From assembly GCF_009914755.1 (NCBI RefSeq), contig NC_060940.1: a DNA stretch of 64,000 bases, one strand, 5' to 3'. Made by a program: the position numbers and the translations under genes. The stretch comes from the human T2T-CHM13v2.0 reference genome, Homo sapiens. How positions within the stretch are numbered: position 1 is the stretch's first letter; every line of letters begins with the position of its first letter. Positions 39,801 through 53,309 of this stretch are shown piece after piece. The notes beneath the pieces were generated by a model. It saw only the letters and a list, made by a program, of their open reading frames with translations, was not told the DNA's origin and made no database searches.

Positions 39801-42800
39801 TTTCTTTTCAGAGAGCAGTTAGGAAACACTCTGTAAAGTCTGCAAGTGGATATTCAGACCTCTTTGAGGCCTTCGTTGGAAACGGGATTTCTTCATATTA
39901 TGCTAGACAGATGAATTCTCAGCAACTTCCTTGTGTTGTGTGTATTCAACTCACAGAGTTGAACGATCCTTTACACAGAGCAGATTTGAAACACTGTTTT
40001 TCTGGAATTTGCAAGTGGAGATTTCAGCCGCTTTGAGGTCAATGGTAGAAAAGGAAATATCTTCGTATAAAAACTAGACAGAATGATTCTCAGAAACTCC
40101 TTTGTGATGTGTGCGTTCAACTCACAGAGTTTAACCTTTCTTTTCACAGAGCAGTTAGGAAACACTCTGTTTGTGAAGCCTGCCAGTGGATATTCGGACC
40201 TCTTTCAGGCCTTCGTTGGAAACGGGATTTCTTCATATTATGCTAGACAGAAGATTTCTCAGTAACTTCTTTGTGTTGTGTGTATGCAACTCACAGAGTT
40301 CAACCTTCCTTTAGAAAGAGCAGATTTGAAACACTCTTTTTGTGGAATTTGCAAGTGGAGATTTCAAGCGCTTCGATGCCAATGGTAGAAAAGGAAATAT
40401 CTTCGTATAAAAACAAGACAAACTCGTTCCCAGACACTGCGTAGTGATGTGTGTGTTTAACTCACAGAGTTTAACCTTTCTTTTCATACAGCATTCTGGA
40501 AACCCTCTGTTTGTAAAGTCTGCAAGTGGATATTTGGACCTCTTAGATGCCTTCGTTGGAAACGGGATTTCCTCATATAATGCTAGAGGGAAGAATTCTT
40601 AGTAACTTCTTTGTGTTGTGTGTATTCAACTGACAGAGTTGAACCTTCCTTTAGACAGAGCAGATTTGAAAGTCTCTTTTTGTGGAATTTGCAAGTGGAG
40701 ATTTCAAGCGCTTTGAGGCCAAAAGCAGAAAAGGAAATATTTTCCTATAAAAACTAGACAGAATCTTTCTCAGAAACTGCTCTGGGATGTGTGCGTTCAA
40801 CTCACAGAGTTTAACTTTTCTTTTCATTCAGCAGTTTGGAAACACTCTGTTTGGAAAGTCTGCACGTGGATATTTTGACCTCTTTGAGGCCTTCGTTGGA
40901 AACGGGTTTTTTTCATGTAAGGCTAGACAGAAGAAATCTCAGTAACTTCCTTGTGTTGTGTGTATTCAACTGACAGAGTTGAACCTTCCTTTAGACAGAG
41001 CAGATTCGAAACACTCTTTTTCTGCAATTTGCAAGTGGAGACTTCAAGCGCTTTGAGGCCAAAGGCAGAAAAGGAAATATCTTCGTATAAAAACCCGACA
41101 GAATCATTCTCAGAAACTGCTCTGTGATGTGTGCGTTCAACTCACAGAGTTTAACTTTTCTTTTCATTCAGCAGTTTGGAAACACTCTGTTTGTAAAGTC
41201 TGCAAGTGGATATCTTGGCCTCTTAGAGGCCTTCGTTGGAAACGGGTTTTTTCATGTAAGGTTAGACAGAGGAATTCCCAGTAACTTCCTTGTGTTGTGT
41301 GCATTCAACTCACAGAGTTGAATGATTCTTTACACAGAGCAGATTTGAGACACTCTTTGGGTGGAATTTGTAAGTGGAGAATTCAGCCGCTTTGAGGTCA
41401 ACGGTAGAAAAGGAAATATCTTCGTATAAAAACTAGACAGAATGATTCTCAGAAACTGTTTTTTGATGTGTGCGTTCAACTCACAGAGTTTAACCTTTCT
41501 TTTCAAAGAGCAGTTAGGAAACACTCTGTTTGTAAAGTCTGCAAGTGGATATTCAGACCTCTTTGAGGCCTTCGTTGGAAACGGGATTTCTTCATATTAT
41601 GCTAGACAGATGAATTCTCAGTAACTTCCTTGTGTTGTGTGTATTCAACTCACAGAGTTGAACGATCCTTTACACAGAGCAGATTTGAAACACTGTTTTT
41701 CTGGAATTTGCAAGTGGAGATTTCAGCCGCTTTGAGGTCAATGGTAGAAAAGCAAATATCTTCGTATAAAAACTAGACAGAATGATTCTCAGAAACTCCT
41801 TTGTGATGTGTGCGTTCAACTCACAGAGTTTAACCTTTCTTTTCACAGAGCAGTTAGGAAACACTCTGTTTGTGAAGCCTGCCAGTGGATAATCGGACCT
41901 CTTTGAGGCCTTCGTTGGAAACGGGATTTCTTCATATTTTGCTAGACAGAAGATTTCTCAGTAACTTCTTTGTGTTGTGTGTATGCAACTCACAGAGTTC
42001 AACCTTCCTTTAGACAGAGCAGATTTGAAACACTCTTTTTGTGGAATTTGCAAGTGGAGATTTCAAGCGCTTCGATGCCAATGGTAGAAAACGAAATATC
42101 TTCGTATAAAAACAAGACAAACTCGTTCCCAGACACTGCGTAGTGATGTGTGTGTTTAACTCACAGAGTTTAACCTTTCTTTTCATACAGCATTCTGGAA
42201 ACCCTGTGTTTGTAAAGTCTGCAAGTGGATATTTGGACCTCTTAGATGCCTTCGTTGGAAACGGGATTTCTTCATATAATGCTAGAGGGAAGAATTCTTA
42301 GTAACTTCTTTGTGTTGTGTGTATTCAACTGACAGAGTTGAACCTTCCTTTAGACAGAGCAGATTTGAAAGTCTCTTTTTGTGGAATTTGCAAGTGGAGA
42401 TTTCAAGCGCTTTGAGGCCAAAAGCAGAAAAGGAAATATTTTCCTATAAAAACTAGACAGAATCTTTCTCAGAAACTGCTCTGGGATGTGTGCGTTCAAC
42501 TCACAGAGTTTAACTTTTCTTTTCATTCAGCAGTTTGGAAACACTCTGTTTGGAAAGTCTGCACGTGGATATTTTGACATCTTTGAGGCCTTCGTTGGAA
42601 ACGGGTTTTTTTCATGTAAGGCTAGACAGAAGAAATCTCAGTAACTTCCTTGTGTTGTGTGTATTCAACTGACAGAGTTGAACCTTCCTTTAGACAGAGC
42701 AGATTCGAAACACTCTTTTTCTGCAATTTGCAAGTGGAGACTTCAAGCGCTTTGAGGCCAAAGGCAGAAAAGGAAATATCTTCGTATAAAAACCCGACAG

Positions 42801-44835
42801 AATCATTCTCAGAAACTGCTCTGTGATGTGTGCGTTCAACTCACAGAGTTTAACTTTTCTTTTCATTCAGCAGTTTGGAAACACTCTGTTTGTAAAGTCT
42901 GCAAGTGGATATCTTGGCCTCTTAGAGGCCTTCGTTGGAAACGGGTTTTTTCATGTAAGGATAGACAGAGGAATTCCCAGTAACTTCCTTGTGTTGTGTG
43001 CATTCAACTCACAGAGTTGAACGATTCTTTACACAGAGCAGATTTGAGACACTCTTTTGGTGGAATTTGTAAGTGGAGAATTCAGCCGCTTTGAGGTCAA
43101 CGGTAGAAAAGGAAATATCTTCGTATAAAAACTAGACAGAATGATTCTCAGAAACTGTTTTGTGATGTGTGCGTTCAACTCACAGAGTTTAACCTTTCTT
43201 TTCAGAGAGCAGTTAGGAAACACTCTGTAAAGTCTGCAAGTGGATATTCAGACCTCTTTGAGGCCTTCGTTGGAAACGGGATTTCTTCATATTATGCTAG
43301 ACAGATGAATTCTCAGCAACTTCCTTGTGTTGTGTGTATTCAACTCACAGAGTTGAACGATCCTTTACACAGAGCAGATTTGAAACACTGTTTTTCTGGA
43401 ATTTGCAAGTGGAGATTTCAGCCGCTTTGAGGTCAATGGTAGAAAAGCAAATATCTTCGTATAAAAACTAGACAGAATGATTCTCAGAAACTCCTTTGTG
43501 ATGTGTGCGTTCAACTCACAGAGTTTAACCTTTCTTTTCACAGAGCAGTTAGGAAACACTCTGTTTGTGAAGCCTGCCAGTGGATAATCGGACCTCTTTG
43601 AGGCCTTCGTTGGAAACGGGATTTCTTCATATTTTGCTAGACAGAAGATTTCTCAGTAACTTCTTTGTGTTGTGTGTATGCAACTCACAGAGTTCAACCT
43701 TCCTTTAGACAGAGCAGATTTGAAACACTCTTTTTGTGGAATTTGCAAGTGGAGATTTCAAGCGCTTCGATGCCAATGGTAGAAAACGAAATATCTTCGT
43801 ATAAAAACAAGACAAACTCGTTCCCAGACACTGCGTAGTGATGTGTGTGTTTAACTCACAGAGTTTAACCTTTCTTTTCATACAGCATTCTGGAAACCCT
43901 GTGTTTGTAAAGTCTGCAAGTGGATATTTGGACCTCTTAGATGCCTTCGTTGGAAACGGGATTTCTTCATATAATGCTAGAGGGAAGAATTCTTAGTAAC
44001 TTCTTTGTGTTGTGTGTATTCAACTGACAGAGTTGAACCTTCCTTTAGACAGAGCAGATTTGAAAGTCTCTTTTTGTGGAATTTGCAAGTGGAGATTTCA
44101 AGCGCTTTGAGGCCAAAAGCAGAAAAGGAAATATTTTCCTATAAAAACTAGACAGAATCTTTCTCAGAAACTGCTCTGGGATGTGTGCGTTCAACTCACA
44201 GAGTTTAACTTTTCTTTTCATTCAGCAGTTTGGAAACACTCTGTTTGGAAAGTCTGCACGTGGATATTTTGACATCTTTGAGGCCTTCGTTGGAAACGGG
44301 TTTTTTTCATGTAAGGCTAGACAGAAGAAATCTCAGTAACTTCCTTGTGTTGTGTGTATTCAACTGACAGAGTTGAACCTTCCTTTAGACAGAGCAGATT
44401 CGAAACACTCTTTTTCTGCAATTTGCAAGTGGAGACTTCAAGCGCTTTGAGGCCAAAGGCAGAAAAGGAAATATCTTCGTATAAAAACCCGACAGAATCA
44501 TTCTCAGAAACTGCTCTGTGATGTGTGCGTTCAACTCACAGAGTTTAACTTTTCTTTTCATTCAGCAGTTTGGAAACACTCTGTTTGTAAAGTCTGCAAG
44601 TGGATATCTTGGCCTCTTAGAGGCCTTCGTTGGAAACGGGTTTTTTCATGTAAGGATAGACAGAGGAATTCCCAGTAACTTCCTTGTGTTGTGTGCATTC
44701 AACTCACAGAGTTGAACGATTCTTTACACAGAGCAGATTTGAGACACTCTTTTGGTGGAATTTGTAAGTGGAGAATTCAGCCGCTTTGAGGTCAACGGTA
44801 GAAAAGGAAATATCTTCGTATAAAAACTAGACAGA

Positions 44836-47800
44836 ATGATTCTCAGAAACTGTTTTGTGATGTGTGCGTTCAACTCACAGAGTTTAACCTTTCTTTTCAG
44901 AGAGCAGTTAGGAAACACTCTGTAAAGTCTGCAAGTGGATATTCAGACCTCTTTGAGGCCTTCGTTGGAAACGGGATTTCTTCATATTATGCTAGACAGA
45001 TGAATTCTCAGCAACTTCCTTGTGTTGTGTGTATTCAACTCACAGAGTTGAACGATCCTTTACACAGAGCAGATTTGAAACACTGTTTTTCTGGAATTTG
45101 CAAGTGGAGATTTCAGCCGCTTTGAGGTCAATGGTAGAAAAGGAAATATCTTCGTATAAAAACTAGACAGAATGATTCTCAGAAACTCCTTTGTGATGTG
45201 TGCGTTCAACTCACAGAGTTTAACCTTTCTTTTCACAGAGCAGTTAGGAAACACTCTGTTTGTGAAGCCTGCCAGTGGATATTCGGACCTCTTTCAGGCC
45301 TTCGTTGGAAACGGGATTTCTTCATATTATGCTAGACAGAAGATTTCTCAGTAACTTCTTTGTGTTGTGTGTATGCAACTCACAGAGTTCAACCTTCCTT
45401 TAGAAAGAGCAGATTTGAAACACTCTTTTTGTGGAATTTGCAAGTGGAGATTTCAAGCGCTTCGATGCCAATGGTAGAAAAGGAAATATCTTCGTATAAA
45501 AACAAGACAAACTCGTTCCCAGACACTGCGTAGTGATGTGTGTGTTTAACTCACAGAGTTTCACCTTTCTTTTCATACAGCATTCTGGAAACCCTCTGTT
45601 TGTAAAGTCTGCAAGTCGATATTTGGACCTCTTAGATGCCTTCGTTGGAAACGGGATTTCTTCATATAATGCTAGAGGGAAGAATTCTTAGTAACTTCTT
45701 TGTGTTGTGTGTATTCAACTGACAGAGTTGAACCTTCCTTTAGACAGAGCAGATTTGAAAGTCTCTTTTTGTGGAATTTGCAAGTGGAGATTTCAAGCGC
45801 TTTGAGGCCAAAAGCAGAAAAGGAAATATTTTCCTATAAAACCTCGACAGAATCTTTCTCAGAAACTGCTCTGGGATGTGTGCGTTCAACTCACAGAGTT
45901 TAACTTTTCTTTTCATTCAGCAGTTTGGAAACACTCTGTTTGGAAAGTCTGCACGTGGATATTTTGACCTCTTTGAGGCCTTCGTTGGAAACGGGTTTTT
46001 TTCATGTAAGGCTAGACAGAAGAAATCTCAGTAACTTCCTTGTGTTGTGTGTATTCAACTGACAGAGTTGAACCTTCCTTTAGACAGAGCAGATTCGAAA
46101 CACTCTTTTTCTGCAATTTGCAAGTGGAGACTTCAAGCGCTTTGAGGCCAAAGGCAGAAAAGGAAATATCTTCGTATAAAAACCCGACAGAATCATTCTC
46201 AGAAACTGCTCTGTGATGTGTGCGTTCAACTCACAGAGTTTAACTTTTCTTTTCATTCAGCAGTTTGGAAACACTCTGTTTGTAAAGTCTGCAAGTGGAT
46301 ATCTTGGCCTCTTAGAGGCCTTCGTTGGAAACGGGTTTTTTCATGTAAGGATAGACAGAGGAATTCCCAGTAACTTCCTTGTGTTGTGTGCATTCAACTC
46401 ACAGAGTTGAACGATTCTTTACACAGAGCAGATTTGAGACACTCTTTTGGTGGAATTTGTAAGTGGAGAATTCAGCCGCTTTGAGGTCAACGGTAGAAAA
46501 GGAAATATCTTCGTATAAAAACTAGACAGAATGATTCTCAGAAACTGTTTTGTGATGTGTGCGTTCAACTCACAGAGTTTAACCTTTCTTTTCAGAGAGC
46601 AGTTAGGAAACACTCTGTAAAGTCTGCAAGTGGATATTCAGACCTCTTTGAGGCCTTCGTTGGAAACGGGATTTCTTCATATTATGCTAGACAGATGAAT
46701 TCTCAGCAACTTCCTTGTGTTGTGTGTATTCAACTCACAGAGTTGAACGATCCTTTACACAGAGCAGATTTGAAACACTGTTTTTCTGGAATTTGCAAGT
46801 GGAGATTTCAGCCGCTTTGAGGTCAATGGTAGAAAAGGAAATATCTTCGTATAAAAACTAGACAGAATGATTCTCAGAAACTCCTTTGTGATGTGTGCGT
46901 TCAACTCACAGAGTTTAACCTTTCTTTTCACAGAGCAGTTAGGAAACACTCTGTTTGTGAAGCCTGCCAGTGGATATTCGGACCTCTTTCAGGCCTTCGT
47001 TGGAAACGGGATTTCTTCATATTATGCTAGACAGAAGATTTCTCAGTAACTTCTTTGTGTTGTGTGTATGCAACTCACAGAGTTCAACCTTCCTTTAGAA
47101 AGAGCAGATTTGAAACACTCTTTTTGTGGAATTTGCAAGTGGAGATTTCAAGCGCTTCGATGCCAATGGTAGAAAAGGAAATATCTTCGTATAAAAACAA
47201 GACAAACTCGTTCCCAGACACTGCGTAGTGATGTGTGTGTTTAACTCACAGAGTTTCACCTTTCTTTTCATACAGCATTCTGGAAACCCTCTGTTTGTAA
47301 AGTCTGCAAGTCGATATTTGGACCTCTTAGATGCCTTCGTTGGAAACGGGATTTCTTCATATAATGCTAGAGGGAAGAATTCTTAGTAACTTCTTTGTGT
47401 TGTGTGTATTCAACTGACAGAGTTGAACCTTCCTTTAGACAGAGCAGATTTGAAAGTCTCTTTTTGTGGAATTTGCAAGTGGAGATTTCAAGCGCTTTGA
47501 GGCCAAAAGCAGAAAAGGAAATATTTTCCTATAAAACCTCGACAGAATCTTTCTCAGAAACTGCTCTGGGATGTGTGCGTTCAACTCACAGAGTTTAACT
47601 TTTCTTTTCATTCAGCAGTTTGGAAACACTCTGTTTGGAAAGTCTGCACGTGGATATTTTGACCTCTTTGAGGCCTTCGTTGGAAACGGGTTTTTTTCAT
47701 GTAAGGCTAGACAGAAGAAATCTCAGTAACTTCCTTGTGTTGTGTGTATTCAACTGACAGAGTTGAACCTTCCTTTAGACAGAGCAGATTCGAAACACTC

Positions 47801-50800
47801 TTTTTCTGCAATTTGCAAGTGGAGACTTCAAGCGCTTTGAGGCCAAAGGCAGAAAAGGAAATATCTTCGTATAAAAACCCGACAGAATCATTCTCAGAAA
47901 CTGCTCTGTGATGTGTGCGTTCAACTCACAGAGTTTAACTTTTCTTTTCATTCAGCAGTTTGGAAACACTCTGTTTGTAAAGTCTGCATGTGGATATCTT
48001 GGCCTCTTAGAGGCCTTCGTTGGAAACGGGTTTTTTCATGTAAGGATAGACAGAGGAATTCCCAGTAACTTCCTTGTGTTGTGTGCATTCAACTCACAGA
48101 GTTGAACGATTCTTTACACAGAGCAGATTTGAGACACTCTTTTGGTGGAATTTGTAAGTGGAGAATTCAGCCGCTTTGAGGTCAACGGTAGAAAAGGAAA
48201 TATCTTCGTATTAAAACTAGACAGAATGATTCTCAGAAACTGTTTTGTGATGTGTGCGTTCAACTCACAGAGTTTAACCTTTCTTTTCAGAGAGCAGTTA
48301 GGAAACACTCTGTAAAGTCTGCAAGTGGATATTCAGACCTCTTTGAGGCCTTCGTTGGAAACGGGATTTCTTCATATTATGCTAGACAGATGAATTCTCA
48401 GTAACTTCCTTGTGTTGTGTGTATTCAACTCACAGAGTTGAACGATCCTTTACACAGAGCAGATTTGAAACACTGTTTTTCTGGAATTTGCAAGTGGAGA
48501 TTTCAGCCGCTTTGAGGTCAATGGTAGAAAAGGAAATATCTTCGTATAAAAACTAGACAGAATGATTCTCAGAAACTCCTTTGTGATGTGTGCGTTCAAC
48601 TCACAGAGTTTAACCTTTCTTTTCACAGAGCAGTTAGGAAACACTCTGTTTGTGAAGCCTGCCAGTGGATATTCAGACCTCTTTCAGGCCTTCGTTGGAA
48701 ACGGGATTTCTTCATATTATGCTAGACAGAAGATTTCTCAGTAACTTCTTTGTGTTGTGTGTATGCAACTCACAGAGTTCAACCTTCCTTTAGACAGAGC
48801 AGATTTGAAACACTCTTTTTGTGGAATTTGCAAGTGGAGATTTCAAGCGCTTCGATGCCAATGGTAGAAAAGGAAATATCTTCGTATAAAAACAAGACAA
48901 ACTCGTTCCCAGACACTGCGTAGTGATGTGTGTGTTTAACTCACAGAGTTTAACCTTTCTTTTCATACAGCATTCTGGAAACCCTCTGTTTGTAAAGTCT
49001 GCAAGTCGATATTTGGACCTCTTAGATGCCTTCGTTGGAAACGGGATTTCTTCATATAATGCTAGAGGGAAGAATTCTTAGTAACTTCTTTGTGTTGTGT
49101 GTATTCAACTGACAGAGTTGAACCTTCCTTTAGACAGAGCAGATTTGAAAGTCTCTTTTTGTGGAATTTGCAAGTGGAGATTTCAAGCGCTTTGAGGCCA
49201 AAAGCAGAAAAGGAAATATTTTCCTATAAAACCTCGACAGAATCTTTCTCAGAAACTGCTCTGGGATGTGTGCGTTCAACTCACAGAGTTTAACTTTTCT
49301 TTTCATTCAGCGTTTGGAAACACTCTGTTTGGAAAGTCTGCACGTGGATATTTTGACCTCTTTGAGGCCTTCGTTGGAAACGGGTTTTTTTCATGTAAGG
49401 CTAGACAGAAGAAATCTCAGTAACTTCCTTGTGTTGTGTGTATTCAACTGACAGAGTTGAACCTTCCTTTAGACAGAGCAGATTCGAAACACTCTTTTTC
49501 TGCAATTTGCAAGTGGAGACTTCAAGCGCTTTGAGGCCAAAGGCAGAAAAGGAAATATCTTCGTATAAAAACCCGACAGAATCATTCTCAGAAACTGCTC
49601 TGTGATGTGTGCGTTCAACTCACAGAGTTTAACTTTTCTTTTCATTCAGCAGTTTGGAAACACTCTGTTTGTAAAGTCTGCAAGTGGATATCTTGGCCTC
49701 TTAGAGGCCTTCGTTGGAAACGGGTTTTTTCATGTAAGGATAGACAGAGGAATTCCCAGTAACTTCCTTGTGTTGTGTGCATTCAACTCACAGAGTTGAA
49801 CGATTCTTTACACAGAGCAGATTTGAGACACTCTTTTGGTGGAATTTGTAAGTGGAGAATTCAGCCGCTTTGAGGTCAACGGTAGAAAAGGAAATATCTT
49901 CGTATAAAAACTAGACAGAATGATTCTCAGAAACTGTTTTGTGATGTGTGCGTTCAACTCACAGAGTTTAACCTTTCTTTTCAGAGAGCAGTTAGGAAAC
50001 ACTCTGTAAAGTCTGCAAGTGGATATTCAGACCTCTTTGAGGCCTTCCTTGGAAACGGGATTTCTTCATATTATGCTAGACAGATGAATTCTCAGTAACT
50101 TCCTTGTGTTGTGTGTATTCAACTCACAGAGTTGAACGATCCTTTACACAGAGCAGATTTGAAACACTGTTTTTCTGGAATTTGCAAGTGGAGATTTCAG
50201 CCGCTTTGAGGTCAATGGTAGAAAAGGAAATATCTTCGTATAAAAACTAGACAGAATGATTCTCAGAAACTCCTTTGTGATGTGTGCGTTCAACTCACAG
50301 AGTTTAACCTTTCTTTTCACAGAGCAGTTAGGAAACACTCTGTTTGTGAAGCCTGCCAGTGGATATTCGGACCTCTTTGAGGCCTTCGTTGGAAACGGGA
50401 TTTCTTCATATTATGCTAGACAGAAGATTTCTCAGTAACTTCTTTGTGTTGTGTGTATGCAAATCACAGAGTTCAACCTTCCTTTAGACAGAGCAGATTT
50501 GAAACACTCTTTTTGTGGAATTTGCAAGTGGAGATTTCAAGCGCTTCGATGCCAATGGTAGAAAAGGAAATATCTTCGTATAAAAACAAGACAAACTCGT
50601 TCCCAGACACTGCGTAGTGATGTGTGTGTTTAACTCACAGAGTTTAACCTTTCTTTTCATACAGCATTCTGGAAACCCTCTGTTTGTAAAGTCTGCAAGT
50701 CGATATTTGGACCTCTTAGATGCCTTCGTTGGAAACGGGATTTCTTCATATAATGCTAGAGGGAAGAATTCTTAGTAACTTCTTTGTGTTGTGTGTATTC

Positions 50801-53309
50801 AACTGACAGAGTTGAACCTTCCTTTAGACAGAGCAGATTTGAAAGTCTCTTTTTGTGGAATTTGCAAGTGGAGATTTCAAGCGCTTTGAGGCCAAAAGCA
50901 GAAAAGGAAATATTTTCCTATAAAACCTCGACAGAATCTTTCTCAGAAACTGCTCTGGGATGTGTGCGTTCAACTCACAGAGTTTAACTTTTCTTTTCAT
51001 TCAGCAGTTTGGAAACACTCTGTTTGGAAAGTCTGCACGTGGATATTTTGACCTCTTTGAGGCCTTCGTTGGAAACGGGTTTTTTTCATGTAAGGCTAGA
51101 CAGAAGAAATCTCAGTAACTTCCTTGTGTTGTGTGTATTCAACTGACAGAGTTGAACCTTCCTTTAGACAGAGCAGATTCGAAACACTCTTTTTCTGCAA
51201 TTTGCAAGTGGAGACTTCAAGCGCTTTGAGGCCAAAGGCAGAAAAGGAAATATCTTCGTATAAAAACCCGACAGAATCATTCTCAGAAACTGCTCTGTGA
51301 TGTGTGCGTTCAACTCACAGAGTTTAACTTTTCTTTTCATTCAGCAGTTTGGAAACACTCTGTTTGTAAAGTCTGCAAGTGGATATCTTGGCCTCTTAGA
51401 GGCCTTCGTTGGAAACGGGTTTTTTCATGTAAGGATAGACAGAGGAATTCCCAGTAACTTCCTTGTGTTGTGTGCATTCAACTCACAGAGTTGAACGATT
51501 CTTTACACAGAGCAGATTTGAGACACTCTTTTGGTGGAATTTGTAAGTGGAGAATTCAGCCGCTTTGAGGTCAACGGTAGAAAAGGAAATATCTTCGTAT
51601 AAAAACTAGACAGAATGATTCTCAGAAACTGTTTTGTGATGTGTGCGTTCAACTCACAGAGTTTAACCTTTCTTTTCAGAGAGCAGTTAGGAAACACTCT
51701 GTAAAGTCTGCAAGTGGATATTCAGACCTCTTTGAGGCCTTCGTTGGAAACGGGATTTCTTCATATTATGCTAGACAGATGAATTCTCAGTAACTTCCTT
51801 GTGTTGTGTGTATTCAACTCACAGAGTTGAACGATCCTTTACACAGAGCAGATTTGAAACACTGTTTTTCTGGAATTTGCAAGTGGAGATTTCAGCCGCT
51901 TTGAGGTCAATTGTAGAAAAGGAAATATCTTCGTATAAAAACTAGACAGAATGATTCTCAGAAACTCCTTTGTGATGTGTGCGTTCAACTCACAGAGTTT
52001 AACCTTTCTTTTCACAGAGCAGTTAGGAAACACTCTGTTTGTGAAGCCTGCCAGTGGATATTCGGACCTCTTTCAGGCCTTCGTTGGAAACGGGATTTCT
52101 TCATATTATGCTAGACAGAAGATTTCTCAGTAACTTCTTTGTGTTGTGTGTATGCAACTCACAGAGTTCAACCTTCCTTTAGACAGAGCAGATTTGAAAC
52201 ACTCTTTTTGTGGAATTTGCAAGTGGAGATTTCAAGCGCTTCGATGCCAATGGTAGAAAAGGAAATATCTTCGTATAAAAACAAGACAAACTCGTTCCCA
52301 GACACTGCGTAGTGATGTGTGTGTTTAACTCACAGAGTTTAACCTTTCTTTTCATACAGCATTCTGGAAACCCTCTGTTTGTAAAGTCTGCAAGTCGATA
52401 TTTGGACCTCTTAGATGCCTTCGTTGGAAACGGGATTTCTTCATATAATGCTAGAGGGAAGAATTCTTAGTAACTTCTTTGTGTTGTGTGTATTCAACTG
52501 ACAGAGTTGAACCTTCCTTTAGACAGAGCAGATTTGAAAGTCTCTTTTTGTGGAATTTGCAAGTGGAGATTTCAAGCGCTTTGAGGCCAAAAGCAGAAAA
52601 GGAAATATTTTCCTATAAAACCTCGACAGAATCTTTCTCAGAAACTGCTCTGGGATGTGTGCGTTCAACTCACAGAGTTTAACTTTTCTTTTCATTCAGC
52701 AGTTTGGAAACACTCTGTTTGGAAAGTCTGCACGTGGATATTTTGACCTCTTTGAGGCCTTCGTTGGAAACGGGTTTTTTTCATGTAAGGCTAGACAGAA
52801 GAAATCTCAGTAACTTCCTTGTGTTGTGTGTATTCAACTGACAGAGTTGAACCTTCCTTTAGACAGAGCAGATTCGAAACACTCTTTTTCTGCAATTTGC
52901 AAGTGGAGACTTCAAGCGCTTTGAGGCCAAAGGCAGAAAAGGAAATATCTTCGTATAAGAACCCGACAGAATCATTCTCAGAAACTGCTCTGTGATGTGT
53001 GCGTTCAACTCACAGAGTTTAACTTTTCTTTTCATTCAGCAGTTTGGAAACACTCTGTTTGTAAAGTCTGCAAGTGGATATCTTGGCCTCTTAGAGGCCT
53101 TCGTTGGAAACGGGTTTTTTCATGTAAGGATAGACAGAGGAATTCCCAGTAACTTCCTTGTGTTGTGTGCATTCAACTCACAGAGTTGAATGATTCTTTA
53201 CACAGAGCAGATTTGAGACACTCTTTTGGTGGAATTTGTAAGTGGAGAATTCAGCCGCTTTGAGGTCAACGGTAGAAAAGGAAATATCTTCGTATAAAAA
53301 CTAGACAGA
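44836..53309. repeat. Homogenised run of five 1694-1695-bp 10-mer HORs sharing one SNV haplotype
   Basis: Shared 4-bp deletion in A (CACTCTGTAAAG), AAGTCGATAT in C, AAAACCTCGAC at the C/D boundary and AAGGATAGAC in E. The same marker ORF appears at 45700, 47395, 49090, 50784 and 52479. Confidence 0.9.
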
